Numbered from the stretch's first letter, positions 38,374-48,568 are shown. The stretch: 64,000 nucleotides of DNA from Terriglobia bacterium (GCA_965218585.1 CBDCLE010000002.1:448001-512000), one strand, 5' to 3'. Numbers and translations are program-made. The notes: generated by a model not told the origin, from the letters alone.

Positions 38374-39306
38374 TTAGTCCTCCTCCTGTATGTCGTCTAC
38401 GTCCGTAAAATCGAAATCGGTATGATTGGAGCCTCCCCCTTGGGTCCGCGTAATAGCATTGTTTGGGTTGTCGCATTCCCAGAAATGGATCCGGAGCGGC
38501 ATGCCCTCGAAAGGTTGAACTTCCTTATCGTATATCTGTCGCGTGAACCACGGTTCTTCCAATGCTTCGGGGTCGTATAACCAAACGTCGGCCTGCATTG
38601 TTTCCTCGTTGATTTTCTCCCAGATCTCGACCCCCTCGATCTGATCACTGAAGTACGGTTGCATCCGCGACATCCAACCTTCCTTTACATGCCTCGTGTA
38701 TGTGATCAGGCGGTCGCCGTCCCAGATTCCAATGGTGTCTCCGTCCTCAGAGGGAAAAGCGATTTCTTCGGGTGTATGATCCCGGCCATCGGTGTAAATG
38801 CGTCGAACCTCATTCTGGGCCTCGTTCAGAATCCATGTCTGGTGGGTCATGATCGCGAACTCCCAGGGGCGTGGATTCCGGATGTTACCCGGATAGCCGC
38901 GGGGCACGCCACAGGCACTGGTCTCGTCATAGACACGTCCTTCCAGCGCATTGTCGACGCGTTCCTGCATCAGGCCTACGTATCGGCCCTTTAGTCTGGC
39001 GGTGGGGACAAAGCCCGGCCCCTGATCCGGATCGTACTGCGCGGCTGAGGCATCGCGTTCCCACAGGCCCGTCCAGTCGGGAATCTCTTCGAGCGTCAGT
39101 GTCCTGTCTTCGATACCCGCAGTGAGTGTTTCGTAAAGTTCCCCTGCTGTATCGAATTGTTTCCCAAAATCAATCAGTTCCTGTTTCTCTTCTGTCCAAT
39201 TTGGGCCAGCGGACCGGCCGGACTGTGCGTCGGCCGACATCGAACCGATCGTTGGGAGAATCAGGAGCAAGACAACGCTCCCGGCGGTCTTTCTCATGCC
39301 GTTCAT
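38374..39306 (-). CDS. Exported hypothetical protein (DUF6152 partner domain)
   Basis: Signal peptide; PDWTGLW, SACGVP, RRIYTDGRDH, GDTIGIWDGD, DPEAL.EPW, WECD; start ATG 39306 after AGGAGGAG. Confidence 0.75.
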   Translation of the reverse strand: MNGMRKTAGSVVLLLILPTIGSMSADAQSGRSAGPNWTEEKQELIDFGKQFDTAGELYETLTAGIEDRTLTLEEIPDWTGLWERDASAAQYDPDQGPGFVPTARLKGRYVGLMQERVDNALEGRVYDETSACGVPRGYPGNIRNPRPWEFAIMTHQTWILNEAQNEVRRIYTDGRDHTPEEIAFPSEDGDTIGIWDGDRLITYTRHVKEGWMSRMQPYFSDQIEGVEIWEKINEETMQADVWLYDPEALEEPWFTRQIYDKEVQPFEGMPLRIHFWECDNPNNAITRTQGGGSNHTDFDFTDVDDIQEED

Positions 39307-39467
39307 GCTCTCCTCCTTTCGAACATCGTTCACAAGCGTGACGAGGACTATAGCATGCGTTTCAGACCTTTCGAGATATAATGGCCGCCGCGTTTATCCT
39401 TACTTAATTAAGACAAGCGGAAGCAGAAACGTTCGGAGAAGGTGTGCGGTTTTTGGAAGGAGTGATC

Positions 39468-41456
39468 ATGAAAAAACGATCTTATTTGTGTGTATTGGCG
39501 GTGCTGGCTCTGACGTTCGGATGCTCTGGCCCCACAGTCGATTCAGCTACGGACGGAGAGGATCAGGCGGCTCTGGAGCGGATCGTTTTCTCGTCGTTGC
39601 GGCCCAGTAACTGGGATATTTTTCACTTCGAAAGCCCCGGAGCGGAGCCCAGGCGGCTTACCGATCATCCTGGTCTCGACTACGATGCAGAGTTTTCTCC
39701 CGACGGCCGCTGGGTGATCTTCACATCCGAAAGACGCGGCAATCCCGATCTCTTTGTGATCGATCTCGCCGAAGGCGGCGAGCCGCGGCTGTTGATAGAC
39801 AGTCCGATGATGGAAGACCAGGCGACCATCTCTCCGGACGGGCTGACCATAGCCTTTGTCAGTACACGTGACGGGAATTCCGACATCTTCTCAATGCCGT
39901 TCGATCCGGACACGACGCAACGAATGGACGCTGCGGAAAACCTCACCGAGAATCCGCGTGGCGATTTCCGACCCGCCTTCTCACCCAACGGCGAGCGTAT
40001 CGCATTCTCTTCGGACCGCGACATTCCTGCATACGGACACCCCGTCTTCGGCTTTACCCGTCAGCGGGACGGTCAGGTCTACGTGATGGACGCCGACGGG
40101 GAAAACCAGCAGCGGCTGACTGAAGAGGGCAACTGGAACGGTTCGCCCGAGTGGTCCCCCGACGGTGAGATGATCTATTTCTATTCCGACAGCCCGCGCG
40201 AGGTGGAAGGTCCCCCGACCAGCCCGATACTTGGACAGGAGGGTGGATTCCGAATCTGGACGATCAACGCGGACGGATCGAACCCGCAAGCCCTCACGCC
40301 CGAGGGTGTCGAAGCCCTTGCGCCGGCCTTGACGCCGGATGGACGCCTTGCGTTCCAGACACGTAGTGGATACGCAGACTGGTCAATCCAGTCGGTCAAT
40401 CTCGACGGGTCGGATTCGCGTCTCGAGAGCGCCGAGGGCAACAACTACTGGATACCCGACTACGACGCCGAAAGCGGCGCCATGGTCAGCCATGGCGTCG
40501 GGCCTGTTTTCGGAACCAGTCAGGCGGTGGAGGACGTTCTGGGGGCCGGAGCCTTGCTGGCGGCGGACTATCCGGTCGACGTAGAGTTGGGAGACCGTTC
40601 AGTGACGGTTTATCCGATGCGTCACACTTCGGGCCTGGCCCCACATCCGTTTTCGAATGAAGTCTTGACAACTATCGAGAATCAAGCAGGAACCCGCCTC
40701 GTGACAGCCGATTTTGACGGAGCGAATCAACGGGAACTCCTCGAAGAAGCGGGAATCGGCATCATCGCGGAAGAGGGCCTGGGATTCCGTTTGTACGACA
40801 TGAAGTGGTCTGAGGACGGGGACTGGATTACGTATACGCGTGGCGTATTCGTCGGCAGCGCCACGGACTACTCAGACATCTGGATCTCGCGCAGGGATGG
40901 CAGCGACCGAGTTAATTTGACCAATACTGAAGCCAACGACGGTGTGGCGGCTTTTTCACCTGACGGTGAGCGAATGGTCTTTCGCAGTTCGCGAAACGGC
41001 AGTTTTGATTTGTATTTGATGAATACCGACGGCAGCAATCTCGTGCAACTGACCGATGATGCGGCAAGAAACAATTTTCCGGCCTTCTCGCCGGACGGGA
41101 ATTCGATCGTTTTTGCTTCAGACCGTGACAGCGAAGTAGATAGGTTCGGATACCGCACCTTTGACAATTACATCCTGGAACTCTTGCCCGACGGGAGTCC
41201 CGGAGAGATTCAACGTATTTCCTTTGATTCCGGCCAGGACGCCCATCCCGCGTATTCGCCCGATGGCGAGTGGATCATCTATGTTTCAGAACAGGCCGGC
41301 ATCACCGATGAAGAACCCCTTGTGCAAGAGGTGGTGTTCGGTCCTCAGATGTATGGGGAAATCTTTGCTTACAGGCTAGCCGATGGCCTGAGCGTACGCC
41401 TGACGCACAACAAGTGGGAAGAAGGCGTTCCGTTCTGGTTGCGCCCTGCCGAATAA
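39468..41456 (+). CDS. TolB-like PD40 beta-propeller lipoprotein
   Basis: TFGC lipobox; many P.FSPDG..I.F.S.R.G repeats. Confidence 0.88.
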   Translation: MKKRSYLCVLAVLALTFGCSGPTVDSATDGEDQAALERIVFSSLRPSNWDIFHFESPGAEPRRLTDHPGLDYDAEFSPDGRWVIFTSERRGNPDLFVIDLAEGGEPRLLIDSPMMEDQATISPDGLTIAFVSTRDGNSDIFSMPFDPDTTQRMDAAENLTENPRGDFRPAFSPNGERIAFSSDRDIPAYGHPVFGFTRQRDGQVYVMDADGENQQRLTEEGNWNGSPEWSPDGEMIYFYSDSPREVEGPPTSPILGQEGGFRIWTINADGSNPQALTPEGVEALAPALTPDGRLAFQTRSGYADWSIQSVNLDGSDSRLESAEGNNYWIPDYDAESGAMVSHGVGPVFGTSQAVEDVLGAGALLAADYPVDVELGDRSVTVYPMRHTSGLAPHPFSNEVLTTIENQAGTRLVTADFDGANQRELLEEAGIGIIAEEGLGFRLYDMKWSEDGDWITYTRGVFVGSATDYSDIWISRRDGSDRVNLTNTEANDGVAAFSPDGERMVFRSSRNGSFDLYLMNTDGSNLVQLTDDAARNNFPAFSPDGNSIVFASDRDSEVDRFGYRTFDNYILELLPDGSPGEIQRISFDSGQDAHPAYSPDGEWIIYVSEQAGITDEEPLVQEVVFGPQMYGEIFAYRLADGLSVRLTHNKWEEGVPFWLRPAE

Positions 41457-41458
41457 GA

Positions 41459-41652
41459 GAGGGACGGACACTTCAGAATTGGATTTGGCCCCGCGACTGG
41501 GATCGAATCCTGAAGCATCCCTCCGCTAGCATCCAGCTCGATTTTCATTTGAGAGATAGCTACTTCAAGGCCGATAGTACTTTCGGAATCACCTGGATCG
41601 CTCTTTTCGAAAAAGAAAGGAAAATCTTCCTGAGACCTCAATTCTGAAGTCC
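41459..41652. repeat. Degenerate GGGACRG-family element with long spacer (copy E)
   Basis: Left arm GAGGGACGGACACTTCAGAATTG resembles the copy B arm; right arm CAATTCTGAAGT-CC at 41639-41652. Confidence 0.6.
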
Positions 41653-41668
41653 GGCTTCGGGATCCACC

Positions 41669-42642
41669 ATGAGACATTCCGTAACCGGCCGCTGGCGACT
41701 GGGCCTGTCCCTGGCAGTTGTTGCCATGCTGACATGGGCCACGCTGCCTGTAGCCTTGACCCTTGCCCTTGTCTACGTCGATCCGTGGACGCTGACCTGG
41801 TTCCGATTCCTTGTGGCGACCCTGGTCTTGAGTCTGTGGCTGCGAAGGCGGGGTATCCTTGCCAGGACGGGCACCCGTCCCGGTCGGGGAGCCTGGCCTC
41901 TCCTGTTGATCGCAGCAGTCACGTTGACGGCCAATTACATGCTCTACATACTGGGCCTCGAACTGACGACTCCGGCCGTTGCACAGGTGTTGATCCAACT
42001 GGCGCCCGTGTTGATGGGGTTGGGCGGAATCTGGCTGTTCGGGGAGCGCTATTCGACTTCCCAGTGGATGGGATTCGCCGTTCTGGTCACTGGCCTCGTT
42101 GTATTCTTCCGAAACCAATTGGAAGCGTTCGCTGCGAGTGCCGACGAGCTGTGGCAGGGAGCTTTGCTCATAACGATCGGAGCGGTGGCGTGGGCGGTCT
42201 ATGCGATGGCTCAGAAACAGCTGCTCAAGGATTATTCTTCAGTCGCCGTCATGGTCTTCATTTACGTTTTCGCGACGATAGCGATCTTCCCGGCCACAGA
42301 ACCCATGACGTTACTCTGGTTGGTCCCTGCCGCCTGGCCCATCGTTGTCTACTGCGCGCTCAACACACTGATTGCTTACAGTTTTCTTTCGCCGAAGCAC
42401 TGAATCACTGGGAAGCCTCGAGGGTGAGCGCCGTTCTGGCACTGACTCCGCTGGGAACACTCGCTTTCGCGGCGACTGTGGAGCGTTTCTATCCCGGAGT
42501 GCTTCCGCCCGAACGTCTCGGCTGGGTGAGCCTGGTGGGTGCGGGACTGGTTGTCGTGGGATCGATCCTGACCAGTCTCACGGGCCGTAAAGCTGGTCCC
42601 GACGGGGTGGTACAGGCTGCTAGGGGTGATGCTGGTAGTTGA
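41669..42642 (+). pseudogene. EamA/DMT transporter, frameshifted
   Basis: Frame ends ALNTLIAYS; continues FAEALNHWEASRVSAV in another frame; shift at the T run near 42382-42385. Confidence 0.8.
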
Positions 42643-42997
42643 AGCCACTGCCCCGGTGGTCGAGCCTCCGAATATAGAGGGCATTCGGTTCCCTGCGGGA
42701 CGGGTTACCTACCACCACTATCCGATCTCCGGGCCTGAGCGTTTCGGCTTCGAAACCGACTTCGGCCAACTCCCGGCGGTTGTCCATTTACAGCCTCCAG
42801 GATTGGACCGCGCCTCCAGACTCTTCAACTTCGATCGTCACAAACGGATGAGGATTGACGAACTCGAACCGGACGACCAAACCTTCAAGCGTGGCTTCCT
42901 TTGCACGATCATAGACGGCAGCGATCGAGTGGTGTGCACTCGCGCCGAGTGAGAGGACGAGTCCGATGCAGATTGCGGAGAAGATCCAGAGCTTCAT
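42620..42997 (-). pseudogene. DUF6152-like protein with internal TAA
   Basis: SAHHS...NPHPFVTIEV...WRL*MDNRRELAEVGF..LRPGDRIVVVGNPSR continues in frame to TAG at 42622-42620; stop at the conserved Glu position. Confidence 0.85.
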
Positions 42998-43135
42998 TGT
43001 GGGCTAAGATTTTATCGCAACCAGGGCCGGGCCGCACGTTCTGTAGTCGGGGTGGAGATTCGCTTCGGTCTACCGTGCCTTGGAAGTTTGTGGTAGAAAC
43101 GATTAAAAGTGTCCACCGATTATCGAGGAGGAGAG

Positions 43136-43933
43136 ATGATGAAGGGGAACCAAAAGTTTTGCCTCAAGATGGTTGTCGCTGCCGTGTTTCTGCTGTGGCT
43201 GGCCGGTAGCCCACAAACAGGTCTGTCAGTGCAGTTGCCTGGTGCCAGTCCCGACGTCCCAGATCTCAACGGTGTCTGGAACAGGCAAGGTTGCATGTCT
43301 AACGGTGTGACCTGTCCGTGGGTTGTATCTGAGCTGCCGTTGCGAGCCCGTGCACTCGGGTTCCGCGAAGCTTTTGACGAACATGCGCTACCGAAATACG
43401 ACTGCGTGCCGCCGACTGTTCCCGCCATCATCGTCGATCCGCTCCTGTGGCAGATAGAGCAGCTGGAAGACCGTGTCCTTATTTCCTACGAGCATAACGA
43501 TGTCGTACGCACGATCTGGTTAAGAGGTCATGGGCATCCGGGACTCGAGGTCACCGACTTTTTCCAGCAGGGTCACGCTGTAGGCTGGTACGAGAACGAG
43601 CAACTTGTGATCGAGACCACCCGCTTCACGTTCGATCCTCATGGTCTGGATGACATGGCGGATCTACCCTCCTCGACACAGAAGAAAGTCACCGAGCGTT
43701 ACTGGTTAGAAGGAGAAGACTTGCGTGCTGACGTCCTCACCGAGGACCCATTGTTTCTGACCGAGCCCGTTCTGTTGGAGGAGAGATTCCGATCCACAGA
43801 CCAGCCGATGACTCTGCCTTACGGTTGCGATCCCGAACTGGCGCGGCAGCCTCTGCAGTTCGTTCCGTCAATCTATATTGAGCCGGGATTCATCCGGATA
43901 CCGGTGACGCCTCATGGTGAGGCGCCACGGTAA
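43136..43933 (+). CDS. Exported hypothetical protein (DUF6152 partner domain)
   Basis: PDLNGVW, YDCVP, RTIWL, GHAVGWYENEQLVIETT, SSTQKKVTERY, EDPLFLTEP, GCD. Confidence 0.8.
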   Translation: MMKGNQKFCLKMVVAAVFLLWLAGSPQTGLSVQLPGASPDVPDLNGVWNRQGCMSNGVTCPWVVSELPLRARALGFREAFDEHALPKYDCVPPTVPAIIVDPLLWQIEQLEDRVLISYEHNDVVRTIWLRGHGHPGLEVTDFFQQGHAVGWYENEQLVIETTRFTFDPHGLDDMADLPSSTQKKVTERYWLEGEDLRADVLTEDPLFLTEPVLLEERFRSTDQPMTLPYGCDPELARQPLQFVPSIYIEPGFIRIPVTPHGEAPR

Positions 43934-44152
43934 TTGAAGTGTGTGGTTCTGCAGGGGACTTTTTGACTAACTGAACTGTCCCAGGGTATTAACCGTCCGA
44001 AATAGATCACGCCGAACCAGAGGAATAACGATGCCCTGTGCGTCCCCTAACAGCTATTTTGAGTGCATGACTGACGTTCGTGTTCGGGAGCACGTATAAT
44101 CTCCTGAAAATTTCAGGCTGGCGGTTAGCCTGTCACATAGAGGTGTGCGTCG

Positions 44153-45613
44153 ATGAGCTTACTGGGTTCGAAGGAATGGGAAGGGAAGATCTTCATTGAT
44201 GGATGGGTTGCCGGGTCGGGTGGAGAATATGCCGTCACAGAACCGGCGACAGGAGACGAGTTGGGGAAGATGGGCAGTGCCACCCCCGGCGATGTTGAGA
44301 GGGCTGCTGAACTGGCTGTTGAAGCTCAAAAAGAGTGGGCCGCTACATCCGTTGAAGAAAGGGCCGGCGTCATGCGTCGCGCCGGCGACCTGTTTTCTGA
44401 CCATGCAGGAGAGATCATAGACTGGATCGTCCGCGAATCCGGTTCGATCCAGCCCAAGGGCGGATTCGAGATCCATCTGTCGACGACAGATTGTTACGAA
44501 GCCGCTTCACTGCCGACGCATCCGTATGGAGAATTGATCCCCTCTCCCCAGCCTCGTCTGAGCATGAGCCGACGGCGGCCCGTGGGCGTAGTCGGAGTGA
44601 TTTCGCCGTTCAATGCGCCGCTCTTTCTTGCCCTTCGCGCGGTCGCGCCGGCTCTGGCTTTGGGCAATGCCGTGCTGCTCAAGCCGGACTTGCGGACGGC
44701 TGTCTGCGGCGGCGTGACTATATCGCGAATCTTTGAGGAAGCCGGCTTACCGTCAGGGCTCCTCAGTGTCCTTCCCGGTGGCGTCGATGTGGGCGAAGCT
44801 GTCGTCGCTAATCCACACGTGGGCGTCGTCGCTTTCACGGGTTCCATTCGGGGCGGGCGGGCCGTGGCCAAACTCGCCGCGGAGCATCTCAAGCGGGCGC
44901 ACCTGGAATTGGGCAGTAACTCGGCAGTGATTGTTTTAGACGACGCGGATGTGGAGAAGGCTGTCGACGCGGCTGCATTTGGTGCGTTCTTCCACCAGGG
45001 GCAGATTTGTATGGCCTCCTCCCGCCACCTGGTCCACTCGAAGGTCGTCGATGATTATACAGACGCGATGGTCGCACGGGCGAAGGGAATGGCCGTCGGC
45101 AATCCCGCTACTGAGCAGGTGGCGATTGGACCCATCATCGATGAGCGGCAACGGGACAACGTCCATGCCCTCGTTACGGCAAGCGTGAGCGGCGGGGCCG
45201 CCCTCGCCACGGGAGGTGAATACGAAGGGCTTTACTACGAACCGACCGTTCTGACCGATGTTTCAACTTCGGCGCCGGCATACCTGGAAGAGATCTTTGG
45301 CCCAGTCGCTCCCATAACCACGTTCAACACCGAGGAAGAAGCCGTCGGCATGGCCACCTCCCCCCCATGCGGTCTGTCGCTGGGTGTTTTTACGCGGGAT
45401 GTCATGAAGGGACTTCGACTGGCCGACACTATTCCAACTGGCGCAGTTCATATCAACGATCAGACGATCAACGATGAATCTCCGGTTCCGTTCGGAGGCA
45501 TGGGGCAGTCCGGGTCCGGCTCCCGTATCGGTGGCATCCGGACCAACATCGAAGCGTTTACCGAAGCCCAATGGGTGACGATACGGGGCGACGTCGGGCC
45601 GTACTCGTTGTAG
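44153..45613 (+). CDS. Aldehyde dehydrogenase, benzaldehyde dehydrogenase-like
   Basis: VISPFNAP, AFTGS, LELG, FHQGQICM, EEIFGP, HINDQT, PFGG. Confidence 0.92.
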   Translation: MSLLGSKEWEGKIFIDGWVAGSGGEYAVTEPATGDELGKMGSATPGDVERAAELAVEAQKEWAATSVEERAGVMRRAGDLFSDHAGEIIDWIVRESGSIQPKGGFEIHLSTTDCYEAASLPTHPYGELIPSPQPRLSMSRRRPVGVVGVISPFNAPLFLALRAVAPALALGNAVLLKPDLRTAVCGGVTISRIFEEAGLPSGLLSVLPGGVDVGEAVVANPHVGVVAFTGSIRGGRAVAKLAAEHLKRAHLELGSNSAVIVLDDADVEKAVDAAAFGAFFHQGQICMASSRHLVHSKVVDDYTDAMVARAKGMAVGNPATEQVAIGPIIDERQRDNVHALVTASVSGGAALATGGEYEGLYYEPTVLTDVSTSAPAYLEEIFGPVAPITTFNTEEEAVGMATSPPCGLSLGVFTRDVMKGLRLADTIPTGAVHINDQTINDESPVPFGGMGQSGSGSRIGGIRTNIEAFTEAQWVTIRGDVGPYSL

Positions 45614-45663
45614 CCGTCAGCAGCGTACTGCTAGACGATTCCCGATAACCTCAAGATGACGCG

Positions 45664-46536
45664 GTGGTGAGTATGCATTATGTAGGCAAGTTTGACGACA
45701 CGGCCTTCGAAACGAATCCGACCTATGAGAATCACAGCGAGGGCTACGGAGAGGTGTCGCTGGTCGATCATGACTCCGGGTCTCTGCATACAGGTCTGGG
45801 CGTCCAGCAGTTGGAGGCTGGAGGGAAGTTGCTGCCGCATATTCACGCCTACGAAGAGGGATTTTACATTCTCTCGGGCAAGGCGCTGCTGAGCCTCAAT
45901 GACAACGCATACGTGATTGGGCCTGGAGATTTCGGTGCGATCACCGTGGGGTCGGTGCATGCATGGCGCAACATGGGATCGGAACCGGTTCGCTGGTTGC
46001 AGATGGCTGCGCCCCAACCTAAAGCGGGCGGGAGGGAGCGGGACACGTTTTTCCTGAAAGACTCTGCTTTCCCGGTTCAGGCCGAACCGCTGGACCTCGA
46101 CAACATCAATGGCGATGCTCTGGGCCACTTCGACGTCGGCCAGATCCCTTCGATGGACGACCGTCCTCCTGAGGCGCCCGGACTGGAAGGCGTTTCTCTG
46201 AACTGGTTGATCGATGAGAAGCTTGGAGCACGCCACCATCGCATGGCTCTGATTGAGTATCAACCGGGGGTGGGTATCGGTCTGCACGATCATGCGTTCG
46301 AGGAGGGGTACTTCTATCTCAGCGGTGAAGTGGAGGCCACCCTGGACGGCGAAAACTATCATGTCAAGGTTGGTGACGTGGTCTGGACGGGCGTGGGTTG
46401 CGTCCACTCCTTCAAAAACGAGAGCCAGAAGCCTGTCCGGTAGCTGGAGACGTTTTCTCCACAACCGCCCGCCGAGAACGCTTTCCGGTTCATGGCTCAA
46501 TGGGAGGAACGGGCTGGGGAATTGGAAGCGAACTGA
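45664..46536 (+). pseudogene. Bicupin protein with internal TAG
   Basis: Two cupin domains (HIHAYEEG, HDHAFEEG); PVR*LETFSPQP at 46441-46443 mirrors PVRWLQMAAPQP of domain 1; frame stays open to TGA 46536. Confidence 0.85.
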
Positions 46537-46564
46537 CAGGAGACGGACATCTCGCTCGTTCGAA

Positions 46565-46621
46565 CTGTACGTGCGGTCTATGACCGCACCTTTTGATTCT
46601 GCGCTCAGAGCGCACCTATAG
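46565..46621. repeat. Inverted pair of GTAG-type REPs (REPIN-like)
   Basis: GTACGTGCGGTCTATGACCGCAC (46567-46589; 22/23 to the 33372 copy) plus inverted degenerate TGCGCTCAGAGCGCACCTAT (46600-46619). Confidence 0.8.
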
Positions 46622-48559
46622 TTCGTCGGGCAGGGCGTACGCGATCAACTGAGCCGGCCCGTTCCCACTGCCTGTAGCAAAGACGATGTACTGCTTCCCG
46701 TCATGCACGTAGGTCATCGGCAGTCCCGCCTGAACGCCGACAGGTATCTCTGTTTCCCAGACAATCTCGCCGGTTGTTTTATCGTGAGCGCGGAACCACG
46801 GCTGCCCGCTCTGTCCTTCACCTGAAAACAGCAGTGTCTTTGTCACGAGAAGTCCGGCACGCGAGGCGCTCCCGGTTCTGGAAATGTCCAACCCCTGAAG
46901 AGCTTCGTTGTTTTCGATTGCCGGAGGCGTGATACCGTTCGCCATCTGCCACGCGATCTCACCCTGGTTCATGTCGTAGGCTGTAATTCGTCCGTATGGT
47001 GGCTTGATGACAGGCAGGCCGTCGATTCTTGGTGGGGCACCCCCGCCACGAATGAAGTCGGCGTCGAACTCTTCCGGGTCAGGAGGCGCCAGGCCCATGA
47101 CCGAAGGGTTGGTCTGAGATCCGACGTAGACAAATCCGGTTTCAGGATCGGCCGCTCCCGATTCCCAGTTCGCACCACCGGTAAAGTTCGGCAAGCCAAG
47201 TACCCCTCGGGTTCCGTCCGCCGCGTCCACCAGTGACGGAGGCGTATAGATAGGACCGATCCGAAACTGTTCTATGGCCTCCAGCGCTTTCTCTCTTAGT
47301 TCAGGGGTGAAATCGATCAGGTCATCTACGGTGACACCCTGCACGTCGAATGGCGGCGGCTTGGACGGGAAGGGCTGAGTGGGAGAGGCGGCCTCGCCCG
47401 GTACATCAGAGGGCGGTACCGGCTGTTCTTCGATGGGCCAGACCGGCTCTCCCGTCACTCGATCATAGACGTAAGCGAAGGCTTGCTTGGTGAGCTGCAC
47501 AACCGCCTGGATCTCTCGTCCATCCACATTGATGTCGATCAGGATCGGATGCGACGGCATATCCATGTCCCAGATATCGTGGTGGATCAACTGCTGGTAC
47601 CAGATGATCTCTCCAGTCTCGATATCCAGGCAGACCAAAGAATCCGAATACAGGTTGTCGCCCAGGCGATGCCCGCCGTAAACGTCATTCGTTGGGGCTT
47701 CAACCGGGAGGTACACGTATCCAAGTTCCGGATCTACTGAAAACGGTGCCCAGACACCTGCGTTGCCCGTGTAATCGGCCGAACCGTCCAACCATGTTTC
47801 GTAACCGGGTTCTCCCGGTCGGGGAATCGTATGAAAGATCCAGCGCCGCTCACCTGTGCGAACGTCGAACCCCATGACATCACCCTTGACGTTGGTTCGA
47901 TCCACACGCATTCCGACGAGCAGGGCCGGTCCCACGACTACCGTATCCCTGGCAATAACCGGTGGTGAGGTGTTGCCGATCTTCCCGGTAACTTCTCCTT
48001 CAATGTCCACATCCAACTGGTCAAAAAGATCTACGATGCCGCCTTCGCCAAAACTCTCGACCGGACGACCGGTGTCAGCGTCGAGCGCCACCAGTCGAAA
48101 TCCCGGCGTTACCGCAAGGATGCGCCGGTCTTCACCGTCAGCCCAGTACGACACGCCGCGGCCCGAATTTCTTCGTGGAGCCCGTTCGTAGCGTTCACCT
48201 TCGTCGCTCCGCCAAACCCAGAGCGTTTCACCTGTCCCGGCGTCCGCCGCAACAACAACCCGGCGATCGCCGGCAGTGAAGTAGAGCACTCCGTCCACCA
48301 TGAGCGGTGTCGTTTCGCTCTTTGCCTCCGGACGGGTGCCGAAGTTGTCCGACTTCCATGTCCAGGCGACTTCCAGGCGATTGACGTTGTCGCGGTTGAT
48401 CTGCTCGATCGGCGAGTAGCGTGTACTACCCGGGCCGCCACCGTAGTAGGGCCACTGACCATTCTCGGCGCCGGTCTGTGCGATGGCCTCCTCACCTCCT
48501 GCGCTGACCAAGAGAGCCGCTAGCAGTCCCAGAGAAAAGGCTATGAATCCTCGCGTCAT
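46616..48559 (-). CDS. PQQ-dependent dehydrogenase (quinoprotein glucose dehydrogenase-like), exported
   Basis: TRYSPIEQINRDNV..LEVAW, TPLMVDG, RGVSYW, HHDIWDMD, GGANW, KPPYGRITA, PMTY..DGKQYI. Confidence 0.92.
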   Translation of the reverse strand: MTRGFIAFSLGLLAALLVSAGGEEAIAQTGAENGQWPYYGGGPGSTRYSPIEQINRDNVNRLEVAWTWKSDNFGTRPEAKSETTPLMVDGVLYFTAGDRRVVVAADAGTGETLWVWRSDEGERYERAPRRNSGRGVSYWADGEDRRILAVTPGFRLVALDADTGRPVESFGEGGIVDLFDQLDVDIEGEVTGKIGNTSPPVIARDTVVVGPALLVGMRVDRTNVKGDVMGFDVRTGERRWIFHTIPRPGEPGYETWLDGSADYTGNAGVWAPFSVDPELGYVYLPVEAPTNDVYGGHRLGDNLYSDSLVCLDIETGEIIWYQQLIHHDIWDMDMPSHPILIDINVDGREIQAVVQLTKQAFAYVYDRVTGEPVWPIEEQPVPPSDVPGEAASPTQPFPSKPPPFDVQGVTVDDLIDFTPELREKALEAIEQFRIGPIYTPPSLVDAADGTRGVLGLPNFTGGANWESGAADPETGFVYVGSQTNPSVMGLAPPDPEEFDADFIRGGGAPPRIDGLPVIKPPYGRITAYDMNQGEIAWQMANGITPPAIENNEALQGLDISRTGSASRAGLLVTKTLLFSGEGQSGQPWFRAHDKTTGEIVWETEIPVGVQAGLPMTYVHDGKQYIVFATGSGNGPAQLIAYALPDEL

Positions 48560-48568
48560 GGATGCTTC

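Noticed and set aside
42788-46443. Stop-codon reassignment, pyrrolysine or selenocysteine as the cause of in-frame stops
   Set aside because: The stops differ (TAA at a Glu position, TAG at a Trp position), each is one substitution from the expected codon, TAA and TAG end normal genes here, and no pyl/sel genes are present
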